A stretch of DNA of 26,984 nt from a virus (taxonomy: Duplodnaviria; Heunggongvirae; Uroviricota; Caudoviricetes). The DNA lies in the IMG/VR virus record IMGVR_UViG_2645727948_000013. One strand, given 5' to 3'. The notes below the pieces were generated by a model, which was not told the DNA's origin, ran no database searches, and worked only from the letters and a program-made list of their open reading frames with translations. This document shows positions 17,396 to 26,337 of the stretch, in pieces (position 1 is the stretch's first letter; every line of letters begins with the position of its first letter). Both the position numbers and the translations under genes were made by a program.

Positions 17396-18985
17396 TTACT
17401 TAATAAGCAGCGGTACGCCCTGGATACGACGGGCTACGCCAGTCGGGCAGCAGGCCCAGACTACTTCCCATTTATCGAATTCCGCCTGCGTAACTTTCAG
17501 CACATACGGTTCTGTACCGTCAGCATCAGGATCACGAGGAGCCACCAGAGCGCCGGAGGCGACAAAGCGATCTAAAAGTTTGGTCATCCCTTTAGTCAGG
17601 CCAGCCGCAGTAATACCGTCCGGGCTATGCTTCATCTGTCGGGCTAACTGGACAAAGAAACGGCTGATTGCATTCATCAGGGATGGGACGTGCTGGAAGT
17701 GCAGATAGTTATCCTGCGTGCAGCAAGTTAAAGCATCGTCGATGATCATCTGGCCAGAGGTGCCAACAGATACTTTATTGAGACGGCCCTTGACCATTGC
17801 TTCTTCGTCCGGGGTATCTTCCGGATACAGCGGTTGAATTGACGCACGAGCAATGACGGCACGTTCTTCACCAGCCGGTGAGTAATGCCAACCGCCGACA
17901 TCAGAGTTTTTCTTGACGCCACGAGCTTTCGCCGCATACGCCACGCCAGACAGACCAAAGACCACACGGGATTGGGTCCATTTGTCTTTGCAGGAGAACG
18001 GGTAGTGATAGACAGAACAGCTTACATAATCGGTACCAAGTAAACCGGTATCCTCAACAGCTGGTAGTGCTTCTGCGTACGTTAATGTCGGTTTGACATC
18101 AAAGAAGCCATCAATCAGGCGATCTGCACAGATTTTACCTAATGCGGTGATAGCCGCATTGTCATAGCAGCCCAGGCCAAGAACAGCGGTGTACATGTAC
18201 GGCGCATTGTTCAGAACTTTCACCGCACGCAGGTACGCAGCTGTTGATATTTTCGACTGATCACCGTTGGTACCACCAGTGAACGCCAACGATTTTTTAT
18301 TTGTTACTTTCGCCGTCGAAATCAGCTCTTCATTAACAACCGCGCGCAGATATTTAGAACGGGCTTCCAGAGCCGTAGGCAGATAACACAAGCGGCCCAT
18401 GTCATCTTTCGCTTCTTCCGCCAAAGACACAGTGTGTGTCTCCAGGGTCGTTACCACGCCGAGCGAAGTCGTCTGGGTCAGTTTTAAGAGGAAGCGTTCA
18501 TTACCCGCGCTGTCCGCTGTTGCCGTTTCGATGGTTAACTCACGGGTAGGTGAAATACACGGATCACCATCATCAACGTAGATAGCAAAGGCTTCGCCGC
18601 TATCAAGTTCAATTTCAGAACCGTATGGCAACGCACTGTAAGCCGGTTCGCCTGATTCATCGAACATAATAATCGGGAACTTCGCATCATCCGGAACAGC
18701 ACGGACAACATAACCAGACGTTTGCTGAATAGCTTCGTACACATGGCGAATTGGTTCGAACTGTGAGCCGGAAGACGGCTTCAGCGGTTCGCCGAGAACA
18801 TCTTCGTAATTGGACTCAGTAACCGCAAGAACAGTAAACGGCTTGCCACGCGCAAATACGCCAATACCAGCCCACAAGCTGCTATTTAATGCAACACCGG
18901 TAGATAACGTCGCATCGGCATTGATCGGGCTAACCGCGACGCCGGATGCATTACCTAATGACTGTTGAATTGAATATTGAGACAT
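17396..18985 (-). CDS. Putative tail sheath protein (P1 gp22-like), 529 aa
   Basis: ATG with AGGGAAAG RBS. Size and position upstream of the tube gene are consistent with a contractile sheath. Confidence 0.6.
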   Translation of the reverse strand: MSQYSIQQSLGNASGVAVSPINADATLSTGVALNSSLWAGIGVFARGKPFTVLAVTESNYEDVLGEPLKPSSGSQFEPIRHVYEAIQQTSGYVVRAVPDDAKFPIIMFDESGEPAYSALPYGSEIELDSGEAFAIYVDDGDPCISPTRELTIETATADSAGNERFLLKLTQTTSLGVVTTLETHTVSLAEEAKDDMGRLCYLPTALEARSKYLRAVVNEELISTAKVTNKKSLAFTGGTNGDQSKISTAAYLRAVKVLNNAPYMYTAVLGLGCYDNAAITALGKICADRLIDGFFDVKPTLTYAEALPAVEDTGLLGTDYVSCSVYHYPFSCKDKWTQSRVVFGLSGVAYAAKARGVKKNSDVGGWHYSPAGEERAVIARASIQPLYPEDTPDEEAMVKGRLNKVSVGTSGQMIIDDALTCCTQDNYLHFQHVPSLMNAISRFFVQLARQMKHSPDGITAAGLTKGMTKLLDRFVASGALVAPRDPDADGTEPYVLKVTQAEFDKWEVVWACCPTGVARRIQGVPLLIK

Positions 18986-19000
18986 AACTTTCCCTGTTAT

Positions 19001-19019
19001 GCGCCCCGCACGGGGGCGC
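19001..19019 (-). other. GC-rich intercistronic hairpin (gcgcccc / ggggcgc)
   Basis: Between the gp23-like stop and the sheath RBS. No U-tract, so possibly a processing or attenuation signal. Confidence 0.3.
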
Positions 19020-19045
19020 TATGTTAAACGGAGAACTTCCCCTGA

Positions 19046-20752
19046 TTACTCAGAGTCACCGGCATCAATCGTGTCGCCGCTAATGAAGTTAAGCCCGCCT
19101 TTTTTGGCCATTGTCAGCGTTACACGAGTGAAGTAATCAGCGCCGTTGCGTGGGTGCATATCGTTGATAGCCGAACCCCACAGCGTGGTACGGTTGACCA
19201 GCGCCGGAGTGGTCGGATGCTGGAACGGGATGGCCGGGACAGCATCACCAGTCACGAAGCCTGCTTTACCCGGATTTTCATCACGGACGTAGCACAGCAC
19301 ATCCATCGAGCTGAACTGAATGTTCTCTGTCGTTAAGTTCTTACAAATACCAGCAGGTACTTCGTACACTTTCACGTTACCGAACAGGGTACCGATGTAG
19401 TGAACATACGGAGTCTGGATATAGTCTTCGGCTGGCTGGAAGAAATCCTTCGGCAACTGTTTGAAGAAAGATGCTGCATCAGCACCAGCAAACATCCCCA
19501 TCGCACCAGAAGATCTAACGCGCTCAATAATGTCGCGATATACAGTCTGGAATTTGCCACGAATGATGGTTGCCCATACATCAAAGGACTGGTTAACCGG
19601 CAGAGCGATGTCAAAGGTGTCGGTCGCAAGAGTACGCCAGATCATGATGCGAAGACGCAGCATATCCTGTTCATGAGACAGGTATTCCTTCAGGGTGCGG
19701 AACTGTAGGGAACCCAGGTCCAGACCAAATTCACGCTGTGCTTCATACGCCGCCTGTACCGTGTGCTCAGCCGCGATAACGAACTGGCTTGGGAACAGGG
19801 TGTATTTCTTCATTTCGTGGTTGATCAGCGGGATCAGCTCAGGAGCGGCTTCAATATTGATTTCCGTCTCAATTGCGATCTCAGTGCCTTTATCCGGCGC
19901 TTTGGAGAACGACAGGGCAATCTGACCAATGTTGTAGTTCAGAGAGCAGGTAACAGTGATTTGCTCACCAGCAGCATTAGTAAACGAGTGAAGTAGGCTG
20001 CCGGAACCGTTATCAACAACAGACTTAATACGGTTAACGTAGATATTAGTGCGACCTTTTCGGATTGGTACATTCTGGCCTTCGAAGTCTTCCATCTTGA
20101 AGGTTGCGGTTTTGCTGGTGCCATCGGAGCTTGCCACCAGCACATAGCGGCGGCGTAACTGGCTGTACACACCGACGGATTGCATGTCCAGAACATCACC
20201 AGCAGCATAAGAACCAAAAGAGGAACCTGCCACGTTAAAGACTTCATAGATGTCGGACTGGTCACGCGTAACCGGAATGAAGGTACACGCATCAGCGGTA
20301 GCTGCCCCCAACTGAACAGGCAGGATCATCGCGAGGAATAAAGGCAGACGCATAACACCGTCAGAAACGCTCATCATCTCTGCTGCGACGGATTCCAGCA
20401 TCGCTTTATTAGTGGCATCCATGCTATTGCGGGTGGACTCAATCAGGCAGTTTTCCAGCGTCTGGTGGCAGGAGGCCAGAATTTCCGGACGCGGCATAGA
20501 TTTATGTGCTGCGGCGTAGTCAGCCAGTGCACTTGCCCACGCTGTAGCGATTTGAGCGGTGGCATTATCAGAGATACCCGCAAAAACCGGGTCTTTACGT
20601 GCAGCTTCAAGGATAGATGCGGCACGCGCGGCATCATCTTTAATGAATTGGTTATCAGTACCGAACTGCGCAGTGCTTGCCCAGCCAAGCACAGCTTTAG
20701 AGCGTTTTGCGATATCTGCAATACGATTCTGGTATTCGCGTAAGTTACTCAA
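19046..20752 (-). CDS. Major virion structural protein (P1 gp23-like, putative major head protein), 568 aa from a TTG start
   Basis: The ORF track start at 20773 is TTG with no SD. The TTG at 20752 is preceded by AAGGAAGAG. The first in-frame ATG is about 90 codons downstream, so the start is uncertain. Confidence 0.65.
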   Translation of the reverse strand: MSNLREYQNRIADIAKRSKAVLGWASTAQFGTDNQFIKDDAARAASILEAARKDPVFAGISDNATAQIATAWASALADYAAAHKSMPRPEILASCHQTLENCLIESTRNSMDATNKAMLESVAAEMMSVSDGVMRLPLFLAMILPVQLGAATADACTFIPVTRDQSDIYEVFNVAGSSFGSYAAGDVLDMQSVGVYSQLRRRYVLVASSDGTSKTATFKMEDFEGQNVPIRKGRTNIYVNRIKSVVDNGSGSLLHSFTNAAGEQITVTCSLNYNIGQIALSFSKAPDKGTEIAIETEINIEAAPELIPLINHEMKKYTLFPSQFVIAAEHTVQAAYEAQREFGLDLGSLQFRTLKEYLSHEQDMLRLRIMIWRTLATDTFDIALPVNQSFDVWATIIRGKFQTVYRDIIERVRSSGAMGMFAGADAASFFKQLPKDFFQPAEDYIQTPYVHYIGTLFGNVKVYEVPAGICKNLTTENIQFSSMDVLCYVRDENPGKAGFVTGDAVPAIPFQHPTTPALVNRTTLWGSAINDMHPRNGADYFTRVTLTMAKKGGLNFISGDTIDAGDSE

Positions 20753-20813
20753 TTTACTCTTCCTTAAACACAAGGCACTTGTGTGAATCCCTTTTCGGAA
20801 GAGATTTTATTGA

Positions 20814-20832
20814 AAGTCACTTGTTGACTTTC
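20814..20832 (-). promoter_or_regulatory. Palindrome aaagtca-cttgt-tgacttt upstream of the gp23-like gene (candidate late-promoter operator)
   Basis: 7-bp perfect inverted repeat read directly, 60 to 80 bp upstream of the putative start. Confidence 0.3.
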
Positions 20833-20886
20833 TCGTGACAAGCAATTTTTTTATTTTTTTCGGGAGTAGGGGCGGAAGGTAAAATC

Positions 20887-20975
20887 CAAGGTGAAATCGT
20901 GGCGATTTCACCTTGAAATTTTAGATGGATTTACTTTAAAAACAGTAGGTTAATAGTGAAATTTGAATGGCGAAA
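20887..20975 (-). promoter_or_regulatory. parS: parS partition site (ParB box A / box B motifs flanking an IHF-type site)
   Basis: Minus strand reads TCGCCATTCAAATTTCACTATTAAC ... ATTTCAAGGTGAAATCGCCACGATTTCACCTTGG, matching the P1 parS arms (ATTTCAC heptamers, TCGCCA hexamers) as recalled. It lies immediately downstream of parB. Confidence 0.85.
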
Positions 20976-20977
20976 GT

Positions 20978-21979
20978 TTAAGGCTTCGGCTTTTTATCGA
21001 GGCTCTTTCTAAGGATATGCCCAATCATCCTGTCGAGTTCTTCCTGTAGCTCTTTTGAAAGTCGATTAAACTCATAAGAAAATGCACGGCCTTTCACGCG
21101 CTTCCTTGCAAAGCGATCCTTGTCCTCAAATTTCCATAATTCAGTAACTACGGACTTATCTTTAGAACCTTTATCCGTGAGTAGTGAGGCTTCCTTTGTT
21201 ATCAAGCGCAGGATTTTATTTTTAACTTCATCTTCGGCCATTTCTTCAATGGATAAGATGTCGTTTATTTCCGGGGATATGTTTTGAATAAGCTGATCAA
21301 ACTCTAAATTCTTGTTCCCCATTTCGTCGCCAACAGCACAAAGCGTTTTGTAGTCCGAAAAGGTTAATTCCGACTGCACAGGGAAAAGGGCGACTAATTC
21401 TTCCGGAGCACTCGCTGCCTGGAGAGCACGCGTGACCTTCGCCTGAGACAGCCCTTCTTTGGCTGCAATATCCTTCTGACTCATCCCATCATTTTTCATT
21501 CGCATCAAACGCAGACCTATTTCTCGAATGCTGTGCTGCAATGCTGTCTGAACGTCTTTCGCTAAATTTTGCGCTTCCTGAACGCTGATCTCCTGGTCCG
21601 TGACTAAAACCCGCAACCCTACGTTCTCTAAGATGGCAGAAGCTCGACGCCGGGAACCATCCAAAATTTCAATTTTCCCTGTAGCCCGTCTAACACCTAT
21701 TGCAGGGTAAAATTGCTGATGCTTAATAGTGCTTCGGATACTTTTTAATGATTTTGGCGTAAGAGATGCCTGGTCACGCCCGTTGTTATGCTGATCAACA
21801 AAGGTATCGCTTTCTACCTGGTTCGGAGGTATTACCTCTTCAATAAATGTGGCCTGGCGACCAGTTGATAACTTGAATACCTGCTCGACTCGATCGCCAG
21901 AGGCTGAAGAACTATCAAATCCGCTTAATATTGAAGGATTAAGGGTTCGCCCAATTGTTGGTCTGTTTTTCTTTGACAT
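20978..21979 (-). CDS. parB: Partition protein ParB, 333 aa
   Basis: Translation MSKKNRPTIGRTLNPSILSGF... ends ...DKKPKP. Size and sequence match P1 ParB as recalled. parS follows directly. Confidence 0.9.
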   Translation of the reverse strand: MSKKNRPTIGRTLNPSILSGFDSSSASGDRVEQVFKLSTGRQATFIEEVIPPNQVESDTFVDQHNNGRDQASLTPKSLKSIRSTIKHQQFYPAIGVRRATGKIEILDGSRRRASAILENVGLRVLVTDQEISVQEAQNLAKDVQTALQHSIREIGLRLMRMKNDGMSQKDIAAKEGLSQAKVTRALQAASAPEELVALFPVQSELTFSDYKTLCAVGDEMGNKNLEFDQLIQNISPEINDILSIEEMAEDEVKNKILRLITKEASLLTDKGSKDKSVVTELWKFEDKDRFARKRVKGRAFSYEFNRLSKELQEELDRMIGHILRKSLDKKPKP

Positions 21980-21995
21980 GGGGGTTTCTTACTCC

Positions 21996-23192
21996 TCAGT
22001 TAGATCTGATAAATTCAATACGGTCAAAAACTGCTTTAGCAAAATCTTCCGCGGCAATTCGCGCGTTCTTCAATGCATCAGCACTACCAACATACGTTGC
22101 CGGGTTAGCTGAAATAACAGTGTCAAAAGACTCGCCGCAGCGTTCAAAACCGTCAAGGCGAGGGAGGACGACATCAAGCATATCCCCACCGAACACTTCT
22201 TTAGCCAGGCTATGGCAATACTTATGGTCTGCCTTGTTACTCAACTTGGACATAAAACCAATGTTAGTCGCAAGCTGGCACTCGCAGCCTTCATCCGAAA
22301 TGAGTTTCACCAACTCAGGAAGGCGGGCAACGTATTTAAGCGATGAGTGGAAATCAACCGTTGCAGGCGGCAGAGGTGTAAACAGTATATTGGCCGAGGC
22401 CAAAGCATTTTTCAGGAAGGCGTCAAGGTGAGGACCACTATCAACGAGGATAAAGTCATAATCGCTCTTCAGCTTATCAATCACATTTTCTTTCAGGACA
22501 GCATGGATGTTCTGACCCGGTAGATGCTCATTGCACAGCTCTCTCCAATCGGATGCAATAAAGGCATCGTCAATCGACGCAGGCATAACGTCAACCCCAG
22601 GTACAACAGAAGGAACAATAAACTCCTCTAACAGCTCTTCACGGCTTACATTCTGCAACATAGCCTGTGCAGATGTTGCGTTTACGATACCAATAGAGTG
22701 TTTATGGCTTAAAAACATCGTTGCTGAAGATTGCGGATCAAGGTCAATAACCAGAATCCTTAAATCTTCCATCAGAAGATGAGGGTGAGCACGCATTGCA
22801 TGCGCCAGAGAAACCGTCGATACAGTTTTTGACACACCGCCTTTAAGATTGGAGATGAAAATCACATACGCTTCGCTGTAGCGATCCCGGTATTTTGGCA
22901 CTCCGCGATGTTCATATATGTCAATGATGTTCTGAATTGACATCGCATATTTCATTGAAGAGCCAGCAGGGCGTTTATCGAAAACATAACCCTTTTCTTC
23001 CATTTCACTCACGGCATAGTCAACGTTCGCTCGAGTCAGTAGAGGCAATTTTGCCAGTGCCGCTTTCGCATAGACCTGGTAAAACTCGTTCGCGTGTAGC
23101 TCATCCTTTTGCAACTGTACTTGTTCAGTCAGAACATTGAGCATTCTGTTTGCTCTTTGAGCAACCTTGTGAAGCTGGCTGGAATCACTCAT
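21996..23192 (-). CDS. parA: Partition ATPase ParA (type Ia, with N-terminal DNA-binding extension), 398 aa
   Basis: Deviant Walker A (KGGVSKT), 398 aa, AAGGATGG RBS. Matches P1 ParA as recalled. Confidence 0.9.
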   Translation of the reverse strand: MSDSSQLHKVAQRANRMLNVLTEQVQLQKDELHANEFYQVYAKAALAKLPLLTRANVDYAVSEMEEKGYVFDKRPAGSSMKYAMSIQNIIDIYEHRGVPKYRDRYSEAYVIFISNLKGGVSKTVSTVSLAHAMRAHPHLLMEDLRILVIDLDPQSSATMFLSHKHSIGIVNATSAQAMLQNVSREELLEEFIVPSVVPGVDVMPASIDDAFIASDWRELCNEHLPGQNIHAVLKENVIDKLKSDYDFILVDSGPHLDAFLKNALASANILFTPLPPATVDFHSSLKYVARLPELVKLISDEGCECQLATNIGFMSKLSNKADHKYCHSLAKEVFGGDMLDVVLPRLDGFERCGESFDTVISANPATYVGSADALKNARIAAEDFAKAVFDRIEFIRSN

Positions 23193-23238
23193 CGAAAGCC
23201 ATCCTTTATGCTGTATTTTTGAATTTAATTAAAAATGC

Positions 23239-23261
23239 TGCATAAAATAATAATGTATGCA
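23239..23261. promoter_or_regulatory. par operon operator-like inverted repeat (TGCATA-N11-TATGCA)
   Basis: AT-rich inverted repeat directly upstream of parA, where ParA autoregulation is expected. Confidence 0.4.
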
Positions 23262-23332
23262 CAGATGCTTGTACATAGCATTCTCTGCATGTTTGGTTCA
23301 TTTTGCACGATTGAGAGTTACAAGGAGGGCAC

Positions 23333-23357
23333 AAAAAAGCCCCGTTCAGGGGCATCA
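23333..23357 (-). terminator. Intrinsic terminator after the T5orf172-domain gene
   Basis: Minus strand: gcccc-tgaac-ggggc followed by TTTTTTGTG, 4 nt after the stop at 23361. Confidence 0.65.
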
Positions 23358-23360
23358 GTG

Positions 23361-24170
23361 TTATTTGCTAAGAGCAGCGAATAATCGTTCGAAATCGATA
23401 GTATCTATAGCACGCGTAAGCGCCGGAAGTTCAGCCTCAAAGTACCCGTGTCGATCGTAAAAGAAGGGACCGAAGAGCGAGGCATGTTGGATTCTACTTC
23501 GCCCCAGCCCGGACACACAGTTAAGCCCATTACCGGCTAAAAGGCTAAAAAACTTCTCTGGATTATCGTGGTAAAGCTGGGAATCAATGGTGGCAGTTAA
23601 CTCTTCCATAGGGAAGCACACCCGCCTTGTCTCCCAGGAATATTTAGTCCGAAGCATAAACATTGCTTTCAGCAATTCACATTGAGCGCGGATCGCGTCC
23701 GGTTCATAGCCAGATATGGAGACATAAGCCACGTCCCTCATTCCTGCGTCATCTTTGAAAGTCACGATAGAAGTAACATCCAGCTCTTTTTCGAAAGAGC
23801 GGGCAGCATCTACTGGACGCTGAAGTAAATCATTCGACTTAATGCGCTCGAGAATCCCTCCCCACATATCATTTAGATATTCGATATGAGCCAAAACCTT
23901 ATCAAGACACTCTCGTGTAAACCATTCAGTATGCCCGCCACCAGCGCTTTTCTCCCACGGCGCATTCCAGGGGAAAAAGGTTGCGTGTAAAGCCCGCTCA
24001 AGATTAACTATTGCCAAACGCGTACCACGATAGACCCGTGAAAGCGCAAAATCGGGACTCACTTGTAGCCCTTTAAACCGTGCCAATGGACCACATGAAA
24101 TGCCGATTTTAAAAGTATCTCCATTCTCCGGCACCAGAACGTAGAGGTAGTGTTGTTTCTCTTCTTGCAT
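23361..24170 (-). CDS. T5orf172 (GIY-YIG-like) domain protein with an uncharacterised C-terminal domain, 269 aa
   Basis: N-terminus HYLYVLVPENGDTFKIGIS...R...LERALHATF...GGHTEWF fits the T5orf172/MUG113 pattern (YxYxL..KIG..R..E..LH..F..G..EWF). Weak SD. Has its own terminator. Confidence 0.7.
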   Translation of the reverse strand: MQEEKQHYLYVLVPENGDTFKIGISCGPLARFKGLQVSPDFALSRVYRGTRLAIVNLERALHATFFPWNAPWEKSAGGGHTEWFTRECLDKVLAHIEYLNDMWGGILERIKSNDLLQRPVDAARSFEKELDVTSIVTFKDDAGMRDVAYVSISGYEPDAIRAQCELLKAMFMLRTKYSWETRRVCFPMEELTATIDSQLYHDNPEKFFSLLAGNGLNCVSGLGRSRIQHASLFGPFFYDRHGYFEAELPALTRAIDTIDFERLFAALSK

Positions 24171-24204
24171 ATCAATACCACTGCTTGATGAGAACCGCGC
24201 AAAT

Positions 24205-24460
24205 GTTGACTATGCGCGAAAGTTAATGTGAATAGTTGACTATGCGCGATGTGACTACAGTCAAAAGTTGACTGTAGTCGATTTAACTCCACCAAAGATC
24301 GACTATGTAAGATATTGTCGGGAGAAACGTTGACTATACGCGATGAAATGACCCTAAAAGCCATCTCAATAGCGACTTGCAGAATATTGACGCCAGCAAA
24401 AATCCACCAGCGTCAACGAATGTCGCCTATAGTCAACTTCTCGCTATCGCATATAGTCAA
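24205..24460. repeat. incA-like iteron array (about 9 RepA-binding repeats, both orientations)
   Basis: Repeated GTTGACTAT(G/A)CGCGA and complement (C)GC(G/A)TATAGTCAAC units at about 24205, 24235, 24254/24267 (palindromic pair), 24300, 24329, 24409, 24424 and 24445. Confidence 0.8.
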
Positions 24461-24462
24461 TA

Positions 24463-25347
24463 TTATGGATTGCGCTTATGGATCTGGAAGCCGATTTTCC
24501 TGCCGTTTTTTATTTCTGAAAATTTAAGATATTCAATAGCTTCCAAATCTTTCATGGCTTTTCTGATAACGCTATTTTGCACGCTAACGGATGATTTGAG
24601 ATTAAGCCTTGCTCTAAGGCGCTCAATGCTGACAGGTGCCGGGTTGGCGGGTAGAGCCTCAAAGAATGTATACAGTACCTTGGCCGTCTCTTTGCGCCCG
24701 AGCTTATCCAGCATCTTCAGCTTCAGGATTCGCTTATAGTCAACATAGTAAAGTTCAGATAGCTGTTTCTGCGGCTGGATCTCGATAACATCAAGCTCGG
24801 TATTCAGGCTGCTATATGCCAACAAGTTGACGTTAATGTTATTGAGATGACCTTTTGCCGCCGGGAAGCGGAATTTGACAACTGTCTGCTGAATGCGTGT
24901 CAGAGAGTCATCAATACTTTTACGGAACGCCTTTGAAAGGCGCTTACGTGGATAGCCGCATCGATCGGCAAACTCGGAGAATGGCAGGGTGATTATGCCG
25001 TCATCATCAGGTGCGTAGTCAAACAACGCGGAGGTTATGCCCACCCACACCTTAAAATCAGTATCCATATCCAGGCGTGGGCCATGAATTTCAATTCCCT
25101 CATAGCCTTCCTGCTCAACAATTTTAAGGCTTGATAGTTCTTCGGTTGCGTTCGTTGTGTTTGTAGTAACTGACGATCCGCGACGTAGTGCCACATTGGT
25201 AGATTTTAAGGTTGGCACAAACACACCTAAGCGCAACAAAGCGATAGGTTGTATAGTGCTGTTGTTATTGGGCTTCAGGCTGTGGATTTCTCCTGTATTT
25301 CCTGCAACTTCTTCAACGCTAAGGAAGCCTTTACTTTCTTCCGGCAT
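24463..25347 (-). CDS. repA: Plasmid replication initiator RepA (iteron-binding, P1 RepA family), 294 aa
   Basis: Flanked by a 5-iteron origin upstream and a 9-iteron array downstream. GGAGAAA RBS. Segments (LRLGVFVP, GPRLDMDTDFK.W.G) resemble P1 RepA as recalled, but overall the protein looks divergent. Confidence 0.8.
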   Translation of the reverse strand: MPEESKGFLSVEEVAGNTGEIHSLKPNNNSTIQPIALLRLGVFVPTLKSTNVALRRGSSVTTNTTNATEELSSLKIVEQEGYEGIEIHGPRLDMDTDFKVWVGITSALFDYAPDDDGIITLPFSEFADRCGYPRKRLSKAFRKSIDDSLTRIQQTVVKFRFPAAKGHLNNINVNLLAYSSLNTELDVIEIQPQKQLSELYYVDYKRILKLKMLDKLGRKETAKVLYTFFEALPANPAPVSIERLRARLNLKSSVSVQNSVIRKAMKDLEAIEYLKFSEIKNGRKIGFQIHKRNP

Positions 25348-25424
25348 CGTGGTTTCTCCATGTGTGGCGCGGCCTGGCGTTAATTTAGATGACTGTTATC
25401 AACAGCTGTGAATATTCAGGCTCT

Positions 25425-25640
25425 AAAATCGCGTACAGTCAACGTTTCTGTCGCGTATAGTCAACAATAAATCGCGTGCAGTCAACATAAAATCGCACAC
25501 AGTCAACATAAAATCGCGTATAGTCAATGTTGATCCCGTTTCAGGCCATGAACGGCGCGGCTTACAGCGATCCGGGATCTTCTTTGGATCTTCCTAGGTT
25601 CTCTTTGGGATCTGTTTATTGGATCTATGCTGTGGATAAG
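25425..25640. other. Plasmid origin oriR: five phased iterons, GATC cluster and DnaA box
   Basis: Iterons gcg(t/c)a(c/t)agtcaa(c/t) at 25430, 25452, 25474, 25495 and 25516 (21 to 22 bp phasing). Six GATC sites between 25532 and 25625. DnaA box TGTGGATAA at 25631..25639. Confidence 0.8.
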
Positions 25641-25681
25641 TTGAATAAACCGGCCAACATAGCCGGTTGGAAGGAAGGGTA

Positions 25682-26074
25682 TTATTCTACGCTTTCGATA
25701 AGAAGACCATGTTCATAACATTTAAGCTCATCGCCTTCGTACAGGAATTGGTATCCAATACCACCATTTTCATGGACATTAGGGAATAACTCATAACTCA
25801 CTGAAGAGCAAATCACACCAATGCAGCGATCAACGCCTTCTCGTTCTTCAGTGCTGAAAAAATCCTCTTCGGTAAGAACATGAGTACATTGCTCATCAGC
25901 ATAGGTCGGAAATACATGCTCAATGCAATCCGGGTGTTTTAAACCAAGCTGAGCGGCAAGCTCGAAAGCATGACGGTATTGTTCAGATCCTGGCTTGCCA
26001 ACAGTGATGTGCTCAATTTTGTAGATTGAAGTCGCTTTGTTGATAGTTTGCTTTACTGTTACTTTATCAGACAT
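25682..26074 (-). CDS. Hypothetical protein (in the position of P1 UpfA), 130 aa
   Basis: ATG with AAAGGGA RBS, first gene of the cluster downstream of oriR. Cys/His-rich (CIEH, CTH, C..GVIC, CYEH). Confidence 0.6.
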   Translation of the reverse strand: MSDKVTVKQTINKATSIYKIEHITVGKPGSEQYRHAFELAAQLGLKHPDCIEHVFPTYADEQCTHVLTEEDFFSTEEREGVDRCIGVICSSVSYELFPNVHENGGIGYQFLYEGDELKCYEHGLLIESVE

Positions 26075-26085
26075 AAAAATCCCTT

Positions 26086-26337
26086 TTAGTTACCGCTGAT
26101 AGCGCGGTTGTAATCATTAACGTTGCGATTCTTCCTGTTAATCCCCATCAGCATCGTTTCTGTATCGAGGATATACGCTGGCAGATCATCGAAATATTCA
26201 CTGCTAAACTCTGGCATTCTGCACATAAATGCACTTTTGGGGGCAGGGTGGTTAACCTTTGTCGGCGTCGGCGTTAAATTCGCTGATCGACTCCCGGAGC
26301 AACCGCTGAGTGTCAGCAGGAATGCGCTGGCGAACAT
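26086..26337 (-). CDS. Lipoprotein precursor (lipobox LTLSGC), 83 aa from Met28 of the track ORF 26086..26418
   Basis: MFASAFLLTLSGCSGS signal and lipobox followed by a Pro/Thr-rich segment. Start is uncertain (Met1, Met8 or Met28). Overlaps the upstream membrane-protein gene in another frame. Confidence 0.5.
   Translation of the reverse strand: MFASAFLLTLSGCSGSRSANLTPTPTKVNHPAPKSAFMCRMPEFSSEYFDDLPAYILDTETMLMGINRKNRNVNDYNRAISGN

Noticed and set aside
17102-17708. Plus-strand ORFs 17102..17575 and 17379..17708
   Set aside because: Antisense to the acidic protein and sheath genes; Cys/Arg-rich junk-like translation.
21955-22431. 158-aa plus-strand ORF inside parA
   Set aside because: Antisense to the confidently identified parA.
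24205-24460. Possible CRISPR array (short repeats at regular spacing)
   Set aside because: The repeats occur in both orientations with irregular spacing and no spacer/repeat alternation; they flank repA and match plasmid iteron behaviour. No cas genes are present.
24059-24739. ORFs 24059..24364 (minus) and 24377..24739 (plus) across the iteron array
   Set aside because: They overlap the iterons and the repA 3' end and are products of repeat-rich, AT-rich sequence; no RBS support.
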